Below the pieces are notes generated by a model. That model was not told the DNA's origin. It was given only the letters and a program-made list of their open reading frames with translations, and did not search any database. Position numbers and translations under genes: made by a program. This document shows positions 12,096-22,923 of a stretch of DNA of 64,000 bases, piece by piece. The DNA comes from Obrimoposthia wandeli (lineage: Eukaryota): contig CDROCS010001137.1 of assembly GCA_977020255.1 (NCBI GenBank), positions 248,001 to 312,000 of the forward strand. Direction: 5' to 3'. The first letter of the stretch is position 1, and each line of letters begins with the position of its first letter.

Positions 12096-14607
12096 TGTAA
12101 AAAGAAAATATTTGAAGTTTTATAAGAATGAATCTAATAATCAATAAATCGCAATATATCTATGCATATCTTCTAACATGTCTTTCATGAATCTTCTTTC
12201 AAAACATTTATCCTTAACTTTCAGAGAAATCACCAAATACCATAAATTCATATATTACCATACATTTTGATTATTGAAAAACTGAAATTATCAATATTAT
12301 CAATATCTAATCTCACTATCATCAACCATCATAAAGTGGCTGATAATAGGAATAATGATTTTTCTAATATGTCATTGAGATTTAGAGTATAAAATGGGTA
12401 ACATAGTTAAATATGGAGAAGACTTAGATGTTTTGAAAGTTAAATTGAAAGTTAACAGATCCTATATACTTTAATAAAGAATCTTATACCCAAATTATCA
12501 ATAATACACATATTTCATCTATATTATAACACATGTTGTAAATCCTAATAAAACCTTAACAATAAAGTATGTAATTCATCATAAGTATTTTATTTATTCA
12601 TTTATTCTATTGATTATTGAATCTAGGAGTTGGGTTTAATATTTCTAAATATAGCTTAGTTACTCACCATTTTATTAAGATATTAAGATATTACTAACAT
12701 TTCATGAATCATTTAATTCAATAAAAATCAATATTCCCATCAATATACCCTTAACTTTCGGACCTCTTATTAACTATTAATAAATATAAAGGAGAAAATA
12801 CATACCTTTATTTGCTAATTCCATTTTTTTTTTGCTAAACATGAGTCCCTAATCCACTGACTCCGATCTTGTATATTCCATTGTAATCCAGTTGAGTAGA
12901 CATTGATCCATTTATATTTCGGAAAATGACATCATAATATTGAATTTTGGTTCTTGTAGGTGATAAATTGATTTTTGAGTATTTGATCGATTTTTTAATA
13001 ATATCAGTAATTTTCCCATCAATATATGAAATTGAAAGGCTTCTGAGAAAATGCATATCTATGAAAAGTACGGGGACGTTGCCATAAATCAGCTTGCATG
13101 TTTATTTAAACAAATCTTCGTTTATATAAAACTGAGACTCAGATTAACCAATAAGAATAGATGATACAATGTTACTAAAAATAGATTATTTTTATAGGGT
13201 TAAGAAGAGTGAAATTTCGTGGTGCTTAAGATGTTTAAGGAGAAGAGAATTGGGCTCAAAGTAAAGGGAAATTATCTGATGGTTAAGATGTTTAAGAAGA
13301 GAAAAATAGAGAAATTAACGATATTTACAGGAAATTACGATATTAAGGTGGTTAGAGCATAAATTCGTGAGATAATACATCAATATTAGGGTTAGGGTTG
13401 CATTGATGAAATAAAGATTATGCTGGATTATGAAGAAAACAACTTGGAGCTGAAGGATTGCATTGATGAGAAGAAGATTGTGATAATGAAGATGATGAGG
13501 GATATGGGTAATGAAGATTATGATATTGTAAAGATATGATGAAGATCGTATGATGGTGTATGATAACAATGTAAGATAATGAAGGTATATTTAATAAAAA
13601 TTATTCTTTACAACCTCTCTTTATCTCTTAATACTTGTTTTTATTTACTCATAGGTTTAAAAATGTACTTTTGCAAGTTATGTGTAATAAATACCTTAAG
13701 ATTACAAAAACGTTTTCTACTCACAAATAAAAATAGATTCAATTACACAAAATAAGTTTTAAAAAATAAAAAAGTCAGTTTAACAATTTATAAAACTTTT
13801 TTCTACTCTCAAATAAAAGTAGTTAAAATTTCTTTAAATAGGTTTTACAAAAAATTTCTCAAAAAATATGTTTTTGCGCGCAAAAGTTTTGAATTTTGAA
13901 TTTGCGCGTTTCAAAATTGATGTATTAAAACAAAAGTACTTTTTTTAAATATTAGGTCATGATAATGAAGATGATGAGGAATTTGGAGTAATGAAGATTA
14001 TGATATTGTAAAGAGATGACGAAGATCGTATGATGGTGTATGATAACAATGTAAGATAATGAAGGTATATTTAATAAAAATTATTCTTTACAATCTCTCT
14101 TTATCTCTCAATACTTGTTTTAATTAACTCATAGGTTTAAATTTTAAAATTTCTTTAAATAAGTTTTACAATAAATTTCTCAGAAAATATGTTTTTGCGC
14201 GCAAAAGTTTTGAATTTTGATTTGTGCGCATCAAAATTGATGTATTAAAACAAAAGTAATTTTTTTAAAATATTAGGTCATGACCTTGACTTTAAAATCA
14301 TATGCCATTTTAAAAATTATAACCTTAATTTAGAATGACCTTCAGAAATCGACTGAAAACACTTAAATAAACCGAAATTTGAATACGCGCCAATCAAAAT
14401 TGATGCATTTAAACAAATATTAGCAGAAAAAGGACGTACTATAGTACATAATGACCTTAAAATGATCTTGACCTTAAAATATCATGTGTACTCGGGAGAA
14501 ATCTGACCCACATAATGACCTTGACATTGACCTTAAAATTTTTGTTTTGAAATTTGCTAGGGTGGGGGACCTATTGCCTTGAGTCGAAGTCATCACATCT
14601 TCTTACT

Positions 14608-15960
14608 GGAGATGAAGGCCATGTTTCTAGAAACTGAAATGTGGAAGAAAAATGCAGATGCTACATCTTTAATATAGTTGGTCACTTAGCGCCATTATGT
14701 CCCTAATGAGAATCAAAAAACAACTAAAGGAGTCCGTATGCGCCAGGAGTTTGATACTGTTCAACGCGTCTTGATTTTGGACTCGATGTAGCTCCAAAGA
14801 TTATGTCAGCAATCGTAAGGAAGATTTTGTCAATGGATCAGACAGTGGAGAGTGGAACGGATTCTTACGTATATGATATAGCTGTTAATGATTCTTACGT
14901 AGATGATATAGTTGTTAATGATTCTTACGTATATGATATAGTTGTTAATGAAGGAGTAGTATCTATTGAAGAGGTTATACATATGTTATTAAAGTACGGT
15001 TTGGAATCGAAGCTGCCATAAAAGCTGAATTGTGGTAGAGTGCTGGGACTGCGAATTCATAAAAACAAAAATGTGATGGTATGGAAGCGCGAGAATATAC
15101 TGGCTAAAGTGAATGACAATTTAACGCGTAGGCAAATTTTTCTCATTGCGGTTAGATGATTGGACACTTTCCCAAAGCTGGATGGTTGAGACCGACGTGT
15201 AGTTATTTGAAAATATTGACAAACGGTACTAATTGGGAAGACAACGTCGAGAGTAACATCGTTGAAAAGCTAGAAGAAATTGAGGAACGTGTTTCGGAAA
15301 ACGATCCTGTGCGAGGAGTCTGGAGAGTGACTGATACGATTGAAAGAACAGTATGGTGTGATGCTAGCAGTCTTGCAATGGGAGTCGTAGTGGAAATTGA
15401 TGGTTCGATAGTTGAAGACTTCAGTTGGTTGCAGAAGGAAGATGACTCCTCTCATATCAATTTGGCAGAGTTAGAAGCAGTTGTCAAAGGACTTAATTGT
15501 GCGATCAAATGGAGGCTGTCGCGAATTCTTGTTTATACAGATTCGTCTACGGTCCATGGCTGAGTAAAGGAAATTACATCGGGAGACAAACGAGTAAAAA
15601 CGCATGGTCTTGGATCGGCACTAGCGCATATGTGAATGAATCTATTGAAAACCATAATAGAAGAATGCAGACTAACTGTTAATATCAGGCTAGTAAAGTC
15701 AACAGGAAACAAAGCTGATGAGCTTACCAGAGTGTCCCAAAAGTGGCTCAATCGTGCAAGCGTGGCATGCAGTAATGTAATCGGCAATGAAGCAGAAATA
15801 TTGGCAGTGCACAATCTGAATCATTTTGGTGTTGACAGAACAGCCAGAGACAATTTTGAATGAATGAGAAGAAGAAGTCGCTTCCGAGGGTGCCAGAGAA
15901 TGCCCACAAAGGGCCGTAAGGCGACTGGCCTATTTAGAAGACTATGTGTGATCTAGAGAT
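14608..15960 (+). pseudogene. pol: gag end and deleted pol (RT, RNase H, integrase stub)
   Basis: Second knuckle CYIFNIVGHLAPLC; RT core; RNase H motifs in ORF 15156; protease and most of the integrase are missing. Confidence 0.85.
14860..14949 (+). repeat. 30-bp x3 in-frame tandem repeat of the RT YxDD motif
   Basis: DSYVYDIAVN / DSYVDDIVVN / DSYVYDIVVN. Confidence 0.95.
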
Positions 15961-15970
15961 CATGGAGCAT

Positions 15971-16069
15971 TGTTGTTTGAAGTCATATTTTAATATTCTA
16001 TAATCGGTGAAACGGCAGAATTTAAATATATCTTTCTCCAAGCCATCTTGGATTTGTGATTTGTCTACA
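15971..16069 (+). repeat. 3' LTR (99 bp)
   Basis: See 5' LTR. Confidence 0.9.
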
Positions 16070-16899
16070 TAAATAATTTTAAAAATACATTAAAAAAATA
16101 TTTCAATTTTAAATACGGAAATCGAAAATCTCTCCATTAATACAGATTTAATTCATAATTTAATCTTATTTGTAGATGAACGAATATTTTTGTATATTAC
16201 GACTTGCAGTTAAACTTCACTCAGCACTTGTGCCCTGCCGCTACAGAAATCCAAGGCCAGACCGGCAAAACACATATACACAGAGACTGCCAATTATATT
16301 GTAAACTCCTGAACTCTTGTTTTCGTCGACAAATATTAACATTTTCATATTTGTTATTTCTTTCTTTTATGCCTCTCTTTCCCTCTCATAAGTAGAATGG
16401 ACAAACAGTAATATAACTAATGAATATTCAAAAATGTTTAAAGCGGTCCTCATCTACCGAATCAAAAAAAGCAATAACAAGACAAAACGAAACTACCCCT
16501 TTAATAAACAGTTTACTAAAAGAAGACTTATTTCTTGATAAGTACAAACTTGAATCAGTTTGAACTCTTTTGCACAAAGATAAGATTAAACGTTAAATTA
16601 TTAAGTTTAAAATAGTAACGTCTACATCATTGCATATTGAATGTATCACTTAATCAGAACATTGTAAATATATTATTTTAATTTTCTGATAATTTTGATG
16701 AATTTCTTGTGATTTAATATAAATATTTTGAGTGTCATTTGCTTGCCTATTCATATCTTCTGTTTTAGTTCTAGTTAACGTTTGTGTGTTTTAATATTAT
16801 ACCAGGGTTACCTAAAAGCTACATAAAATTACCTATCACACATGAATTTTTTAACTCAATATTTCTTTAATAGACATAATGATTTATATTATTTTGTTG

Positions 16900-17620
16900 A
16901 AATATGAATTGAACTTTTTGAACCATATTTTTTCTATTACAACTATTAGATTACATGGAAAAATTAAATTTAGATAAAGAAGGGTTAGCACCCATATCTT
17001 TAGGTGATTTTTAAAATAATTTTTTATGTCCATGTCGCGGCTATAATACTATTAATAAATGAAGCAACAACTGATATAACAGCTTCTTTGAAACCTCCAT
17101 TCGGTTTAAGAATAATGTTTCGTTTCCTTTTTTGACCTTTTACATTAGCAATATCTAGAAGAGTTTTTCTATACATTTTTTCAATTTTTCAATTCTTACT
17201 CGGCTCAAAACGATATTATAACTCAAATAACTTAACTACAACAAAAGATTGAAATACTTTAAGGATACTCATTCTCTTACAAGTAGAAGCTTTTATAAAA
17301 GATTTAAAATAAGGAATGCTTCTTTGTTCTTTCATAATTAAAAAATCATGTTAAATATTTTTATATATTTGAAGCCATTTAAGTTTTCTTTTACTTCGAA
17401 CTACAGATTTGATTAATTTCTTTTTTATTACTGATTCTTTTTCTCGATCTCTTAGGCTTTGCTTTTACTTTGGGTTAACTTCTTATAAAGAATTATCAAT
17501 AAAAAATTATAATTTTTCTCTGTTTGTTTATAAACAGTTACTCCCTTAGAATTAAAAAATATGTTAAAACATGTAAATCATCCAAGTAAATCTGCTTGAG
17601 TAAAGTCGATCAATACATCG
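16900..17620 (-). mobile_element. Polinton remnant (ATPase C-terminus, K-rich ORF, QxGG gene, integrase start) lacking the hAT MITE
   Basis: Collinear with 49330-49718 joined to 50553-50880 of the full element. Confidence 0.85.
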
Positions 17621-17754
17621 GAGGCGGGGAGGTGGTGGATTTGACCAGATACATACACCTACTTGTTAGTAATATCATCTAAAATTGCCAACAGTGTCAA
17701 GAAACAAAAGTAAAGGTGGGTTGCATTAAAGCTCTGCTTCAAAACATACGTGTT

Positions 17755-18130
17755 ACTTTGCCATTTAATATGATAGCAATTGATGTGACTGGACCTTTCA
17801 ACGTAACGAGATGTGTCAATAGATATATGTTAGTTATAATATATTACTTCACAAACAATTCTGTTTTGATTTCGATTTAGGATACTAACATTAAAACGTT
17901 ACTGGAAGCTATTTATTCAATGTGGGTTATAAAGTATAGAATACCAACATATATTCATTCAGATAATGTAATGTGCTTCAGAAGTAATCAAATGAAACAA
18001 TTTTGTATCGATTTAAACATCAAACAAAGTTTTGTATCAGCATATTATCCTCAATGTAATGACTAGTAGAAAGGTTGTTTAGGACGGTAACAGAGAGATA
18101 AGGATGCATTCTAAATGAAAAATGATCAAG
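17755..18130 (+). mobile_element. Ty3/gypsy integrase core remnant
   Basis: FNMIAIDVTGPF; IHSDN; SAYYPQCN..VERL.RT. Confidence 0.85.
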
Positions 18131-18149
18131 CAAATGGGTAAAATGGGAA

Positions 18150-18506
18150 AATCTGAGTAAGCAGTAATAAATCTCGTGTCGATCCGTACCGATATCCGCA
18201 TCAGGTCTCCTAGATGAGCAGCCTATAGTCTTAGAACAATGTAGATAAGGGAAGTCAGCAAATTAGATTCGTACCTTCGGAAAAGGAATTGGCTCTAGGG
18301 GTTTGGCATAATGGGCTTGTACAAGAAATCACTGGGTTTGAAATTGGGCTTTCTGGAGAAAGTTGGCTCTTTCAGGAGTTGGCGATTTCCGGACGGAACT
18401 CTTTCGAATCCGGTGATGGGCGGTGTTAGCTATGATGGTTGATCTTCGGACCAACTATCGTCATTATGCAACTCACAATCAACCTAGAACTGGCATGGTT
18501 TAGATT

Positions 18507-18537
<31 letters not shown>

Positions 18538-18638
18538 CGACGGCTGGTAACCCGCTTTGACGCAACGTGATTTCTTCCCAGTGCCATGAATGTCAAAGTG
18601 AAGAAATTCAATTAAGCGCTGGTAAACGGCGGGAGTAA
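18150..18638 (+). rRNA. 28S rRNA fragment ending just upstream of the R2 target site
   Basis: CCGTACCGATATCCGCATCAGGTCTCC...AACAATGTAGATAAGGGAAGTC; GACTGTCTAATTAAAACAAAGCATTGCGA...GTAAACGGCGGGAGTAA. Confidence 0.97.
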
Positions 18639-21600
18639 GTAAAGTAGAAGAGGCCCCTATCGGGCCTATGAAAAATGATTGTGTTCACATTAATAAATGT
18701 TTGATAATATAATATATAATATATCTTCATTCATAAGGAGGGCATCGAGTATTGGTCAGAATGAGAAGTTATGACTTCGACACGTTAATCCTGGGATGTC
18801 ACCACGACGAGGGCTTAGTACGCAAGAAAAGTTCTCGTGTCTGTTACGGTTGGGGTATAGAGTGCGATCGCTAGATAAAATTATAGGTGATATGTTGCTA
18901 CTATTTCTGATCCTAGGATCACAAAAAAGTGCAGAATACATAGTAGAAACTCTATTACCTGACAAAGCGAAGTCTGGGGAGAACTGGAAGAAAGGCGGGG
19001 TTAAACCCAATTTTCGTATCCCCAGTAGACCCTGGCGGTGGCTGGACAGAAGGCTGAGTCGCAGGCTGCTGCAATTGTTTTCTTGCTACTAGTCCAGATC
19101 TCAGATCTTGGAAAAGCGCAGATTATGTTGCAGCAGTCGATGAAAGATCATGGCTTGTCATAAACGCTCTCTTCAGGTTTACCCGGGAGATCTTGCTACT
19201 GAATCAGATCCTAGGATCTTGAGAAAGCGCCAGATACAATGCTGACACCGTCCTTGGACTCGTGGAATAATAATTATGACTTCAGGGACATTACCACCAC
19301 TGGTGAGAGCTGGATATTACATTCGTCTACTAACTAAAGTCCCAAGTCTACGCACGGTAGGTCCAAGGTGTTTGGATTCTGCAGTTTTGATGTGCCAGGC
19401 GGCTTCACATGGGCTTGTTAAATTAACTTCCAATGGATCGCACGGCAATGTGGTTGGAAGACGTCTGAGGTCTCTGGGTTCACCTCTCAGGGATAACGGT
19501 TTTTCTCAGGGGGGTCGGTGTCTACCGATTCCCTACCAGTCTATTAACATGCCAATACAAACTAATAATAGAAGAATTTCCATCGACTTTCATCCTTGCC
19601 GCGTCTGTGGGAAGCAAATGAAGGGAGTTCGTGGTGTGACTCACCATCTGAGGCTATGTCATCGGGAGGATTACAACAGCAGATGTGTGAAGAAGATAAG
19701 AGAAGCGGCGTGTCGGTGTGCAGCGAATGTAGTAAAGAGACCGAGGCGGGAAATGGATGATATCACAAGATTTGTGATGCTCGAAGCAGATATGACCAAG
19801 GAGCAGGTTCGAGTAGAACGGTAGATGGTGTGAGACGCAAAAGACTGACGGACTGCTGGAGAGCCGAATTGAGTAAGCTTAGAGGGTGGACTCTCATGAG
19901 ACAAACGTTGATAACAACCATCGCAGTGGCAGGTGATTCGCAAGAGGCCTCAAGGACAGACCCCAAATTACAACTTGATTGTGAGAAATGGAAACTGCAA
20001 GAGTGGATTATCTCCAATGCAGAGAGCCTGAAAGAAACGTTTGGGGGAGGGAGAAATCCGCACAACATTTGGGATGGCGTGGCTAAGGGTGCTACTGATG
20101 AGACTATTAAGAACTTGCTGGAGTCTCATTACCAGGAAATATCACGTAATGTGTCGAAAGCTAAGGGTAAAAATCCTAAGCAATCTCATGAGAGAAAGAG
20201 CACTTTTGTTGGAACAAAATCAGGGTCCAATCAGGTACGTTATCTAGACGACCTGTATAAAAACTCGACAACCCAAGTGGGTCAATGTCGTGCTCGAATG
20301 AATCGTGGTGTGAAACAGGGGGATCCCTTCTCCCCTGTGCTATTCAACAATGTTATCGACCTCGCACTGGAGGCCGCCTGGGACTCTGGAGAAGGACTCC
20401 ATATGGAGTCTGGAGCTAGACTATCAAGTGTAGCCTACGCAGACGGCATAATCGTCCTGGCCAGTAATAAAGAGAGTTTGCAGCGGTCTTTAGATATTAC
20501 TCTAAATGGACCAACCGTCAACCCGAAGAAATGCAAGTCACTCACAATTATTGGCGATAAGGGGTTGAAATTAACAGCGTTGGAGGAAACATCTTACAGC
20601 ACTACCGAATGTCCAATTGGCGCACTGAGTGTCAAGGAGACCTACAAAGATCTCGGGATTCAAAGGGGTAGTGAGGGAAAAGTGTCCACGATAGGCAGCG
20701 TACTTGATAAGGGCCTTCAGGAGATAACGACTTGTCCTATGAAGGTGCAGGAAAAGATGGCACTTCTCCGCGAGTCTCATACCCAGGCTACTACACCAAG
20801 GCAGTTTAATTAAGCACTCAAGGGGGTGTTACAAAGGCACGATAAAACGATCCGGCAAACTGTAAGGCAATGACTCAAACTACCGAAAGATACTCCGACT
20901 AGTTTCATCCACGGTCGAATCGACGACGGAGGACTTGGGGTCGATTGTCTCGACCTCAGCCTTTCAGTGTTACGAAGATCGAGGCTACTAAAACTAGCCA
21001 ATTCGGATGATGAGAGAATTTGGAAACTGAGTAACAGGAAACGTATCAGCAAAGAGCTTGGAACAATCCAGGTCGGGATGATGTTTAACGGTAAACTAGT
21101 AACGAAGATTAGCAAGGGTCTGGATCTGCTGAGGTATGAGCTATATGAAACTCTGGATGGAGCAGGTTTGAATGGTGCGGCAAATGTTAAAGCGGCCCAT
21201 CGGTGGGTGGATGACGGAACTCCTGTCCTGAATTTCTATCACTACATCAATTACGTGAAAATTAGAGGGAACTTGATGCCAACCAAAGCGAGACAGGGTC
21301 GTGGTCATCCCCGTACTAAAATTGAGTGTGACAAATGTTTAAATGGTATCCATAGTTTGTCACACATCTCACAGGAGTGCCCAAGGGTCAAGGGGGACGG
21401 GTTAAACGTCACGAGAACGTCGCTAAATATCTCACTGACAGAATACGTTCTCGAAATCCCCAGATGAAGGTGATAGTGGAACCCTCTTTTAAGACGGTAG
21501 ACGGAATTTGTAAACCGGACCTAGTCTTGCTCGAAAAGGGCAAAGGTGCTTGTGTCATCGACTTTCAGATTTGCAGCAATGCAAAGAATGTCGATATAGA

Positions 21601-21661
21601 TTCAGTGCACGAGCTAAATGTGAAAAGTATAACACCAAATGTATCAAAGAATAGGCCTTGA
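18639..21661 (+). mobile_element. Decayed R2-like non-LTR retrotransposon (C2H2 finger, RT, CCHC, restriction-like endonuclease)
   Basis: CRVCGKQMKGVRGVTHHLRLCH; RGVKQGDPFSPVLFN; AYADG; CDKC...LSHISQEC..RHENV; EP.F...KPDLVL...VIDFQI; sits directly after the 28S fragment; RT N-terminal part deleted and no downstream 28S. Confidence 0.92.
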
Positions 21662-22923
21662 CAATGCCTTTTTTCGCCGATAGTGATATGCTCAATTTAA
21701 TGTCCTAAAAAACTTTTGAATTCTTGAGATTTTGACGTAATAAATTTATAAAAGCTTTTTATATTTACAAATAAAAGTAGATAGCATTTTTAAATCACAT
21801 TTCAATTAATTGCAACGTTTTCTCAGTGTGGTCGTTAAATGTCTTCGTTTCGAATTCTAAAATTTTTATTTATTAAATTTTCAACGAAAGTAGATTTTTT
21901 TAAAAGCATCTTACTGTTGCGGTTCAGAAACCGACGAATTTAATAAAAATAATTGGCTATATTTATAGTATTGGACAAGGACATTATGCGACCCTAAAAA
22001 TTAAAAAAATAAGGGTAACTACCGAAAAATGAATTAATTCCATAATTCAAAATGGAAGAATCAATTAACCACAGGGGACCTATAACTCATCTATTAATAG
22101 TCACCAGTGGCACCACAACACACATGGATTTAGTAACAATCGGGCCTAAGTAGATTTTCTGAGTCACAGAAATTTCCAGAAGACATTCCGGATTAGACAA
22201 GACAAAATAGAAAAGGGGAAAGTAGAAATCATCAGATTTCAATTGTTTTCATCCATAAGCTATTTGATTAACCCTTTATATCCTAGATTAAATTTGTTCG
22301 GATCTTTATAATTTTTGCTGTGAATGGTTATGATACAGTATTGATAATAAAAACATTAAAACTTCCTTCGGGGCATATACTTTCCAAGATATAAGGTGTT
22401 GCCATGTGGCAACGCCAGGAGATAATGGGTTAATAAAATTCTCCATTTCATATACATAAAGAAATAACTTAAAAATCTAAAATTAAATATTTTATCAAAT
22501 ATCCCATAAATAGTCACGCGGCTTCTCGGTCACTATTATACTTTGTTGTCCGTAATTAGGGGTGTATGTGAGAAGTAGACGAGAACAGATGACAGTAAAT
22601 TTGTATTATAATAAAACTAAGTAACCAGTAATAAAGGCAGAAAAAGTAGAGCATATATTTATTGTTACAGGAATTCCTCGATTTATTTCATTCTCGAATT
22701 AGTCCTAATCCAAGTTTACCGAAAAACACACTGTTAACAATATGGTACATCAAATTCAATAGCAACACAGATTTTACAGCAGTAAAAGAAATTTTGCAGC
22801 ACCGGTAAAAAGTGGACAAATTGAGTGCTGACGATTTTTGATTAGTTGATGAGACTTCGATGGAACGCAGTAACTACTGGACAGAGGGATGGGGAGATAA
22901 GAAGAAAGAGAGCGGTACCTGTT

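Larger units (their letters stand above)
7800..14607. mobile_element. Non-autonomous Maverick/Polinton-type element (6808 bp) with about 1-kb TIRs
   Basis: Starts AGTAGGGAGATGTGATGAC and ends GTCATCACATCTTCTTACT; 6-bp TSD AGAGAT (7794-7799) / GGAGAT (14608-14613); arms ~7800-8880 and ~13310-14607 are inverted, and the right arm has a partial duplication; termini resemble the AGTAGGTGGATG end of the full Polinton. Confidence 0.85.
7119..16069 (+). mobile_element. Ty3/gypsy-like LTR retrotransposon with 99-bp LTRs, internally deleted and interrupted by insertion 7800-14607
   Basis: Direct repeats 7119-7217 and 15971-16069 (TG...CA, 4 differences); gag 7231-7799 continuing at 14608; RT FGLDVAPKIM/YVDD; RNase H WCDAS...HINLAELEA...YTDS; integrase HHCC start HNLNHFGVDRT. 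Confidence 0.9.

Noticed and set aside
7114-16074. Target-site duplication for the 99-bp-LTR element
   Set aside because: Flanks TGAAC and TAAAT match at only 3 of 5 positions; not convincing
10821-18638. Species identification from rRNA fragments and short introns
   Set aside because: Cannot be done reliably without a database; only an AT-rich metazoan is supported
18639-18900. HDV-like ribozyme expected at an R2 5' end
   Set aside because: Only one short hairpin is visible; I could not build the nested double pseudoknot by eye, so it needs a covariance search
22398-22413. GTTGCCATGTGGCAAC, resembling an RFX X-box
   Set aside because: Spacer is longer than the consensus, it lies downstream of a gene in unassigned DNA, and it is a single short palindrome
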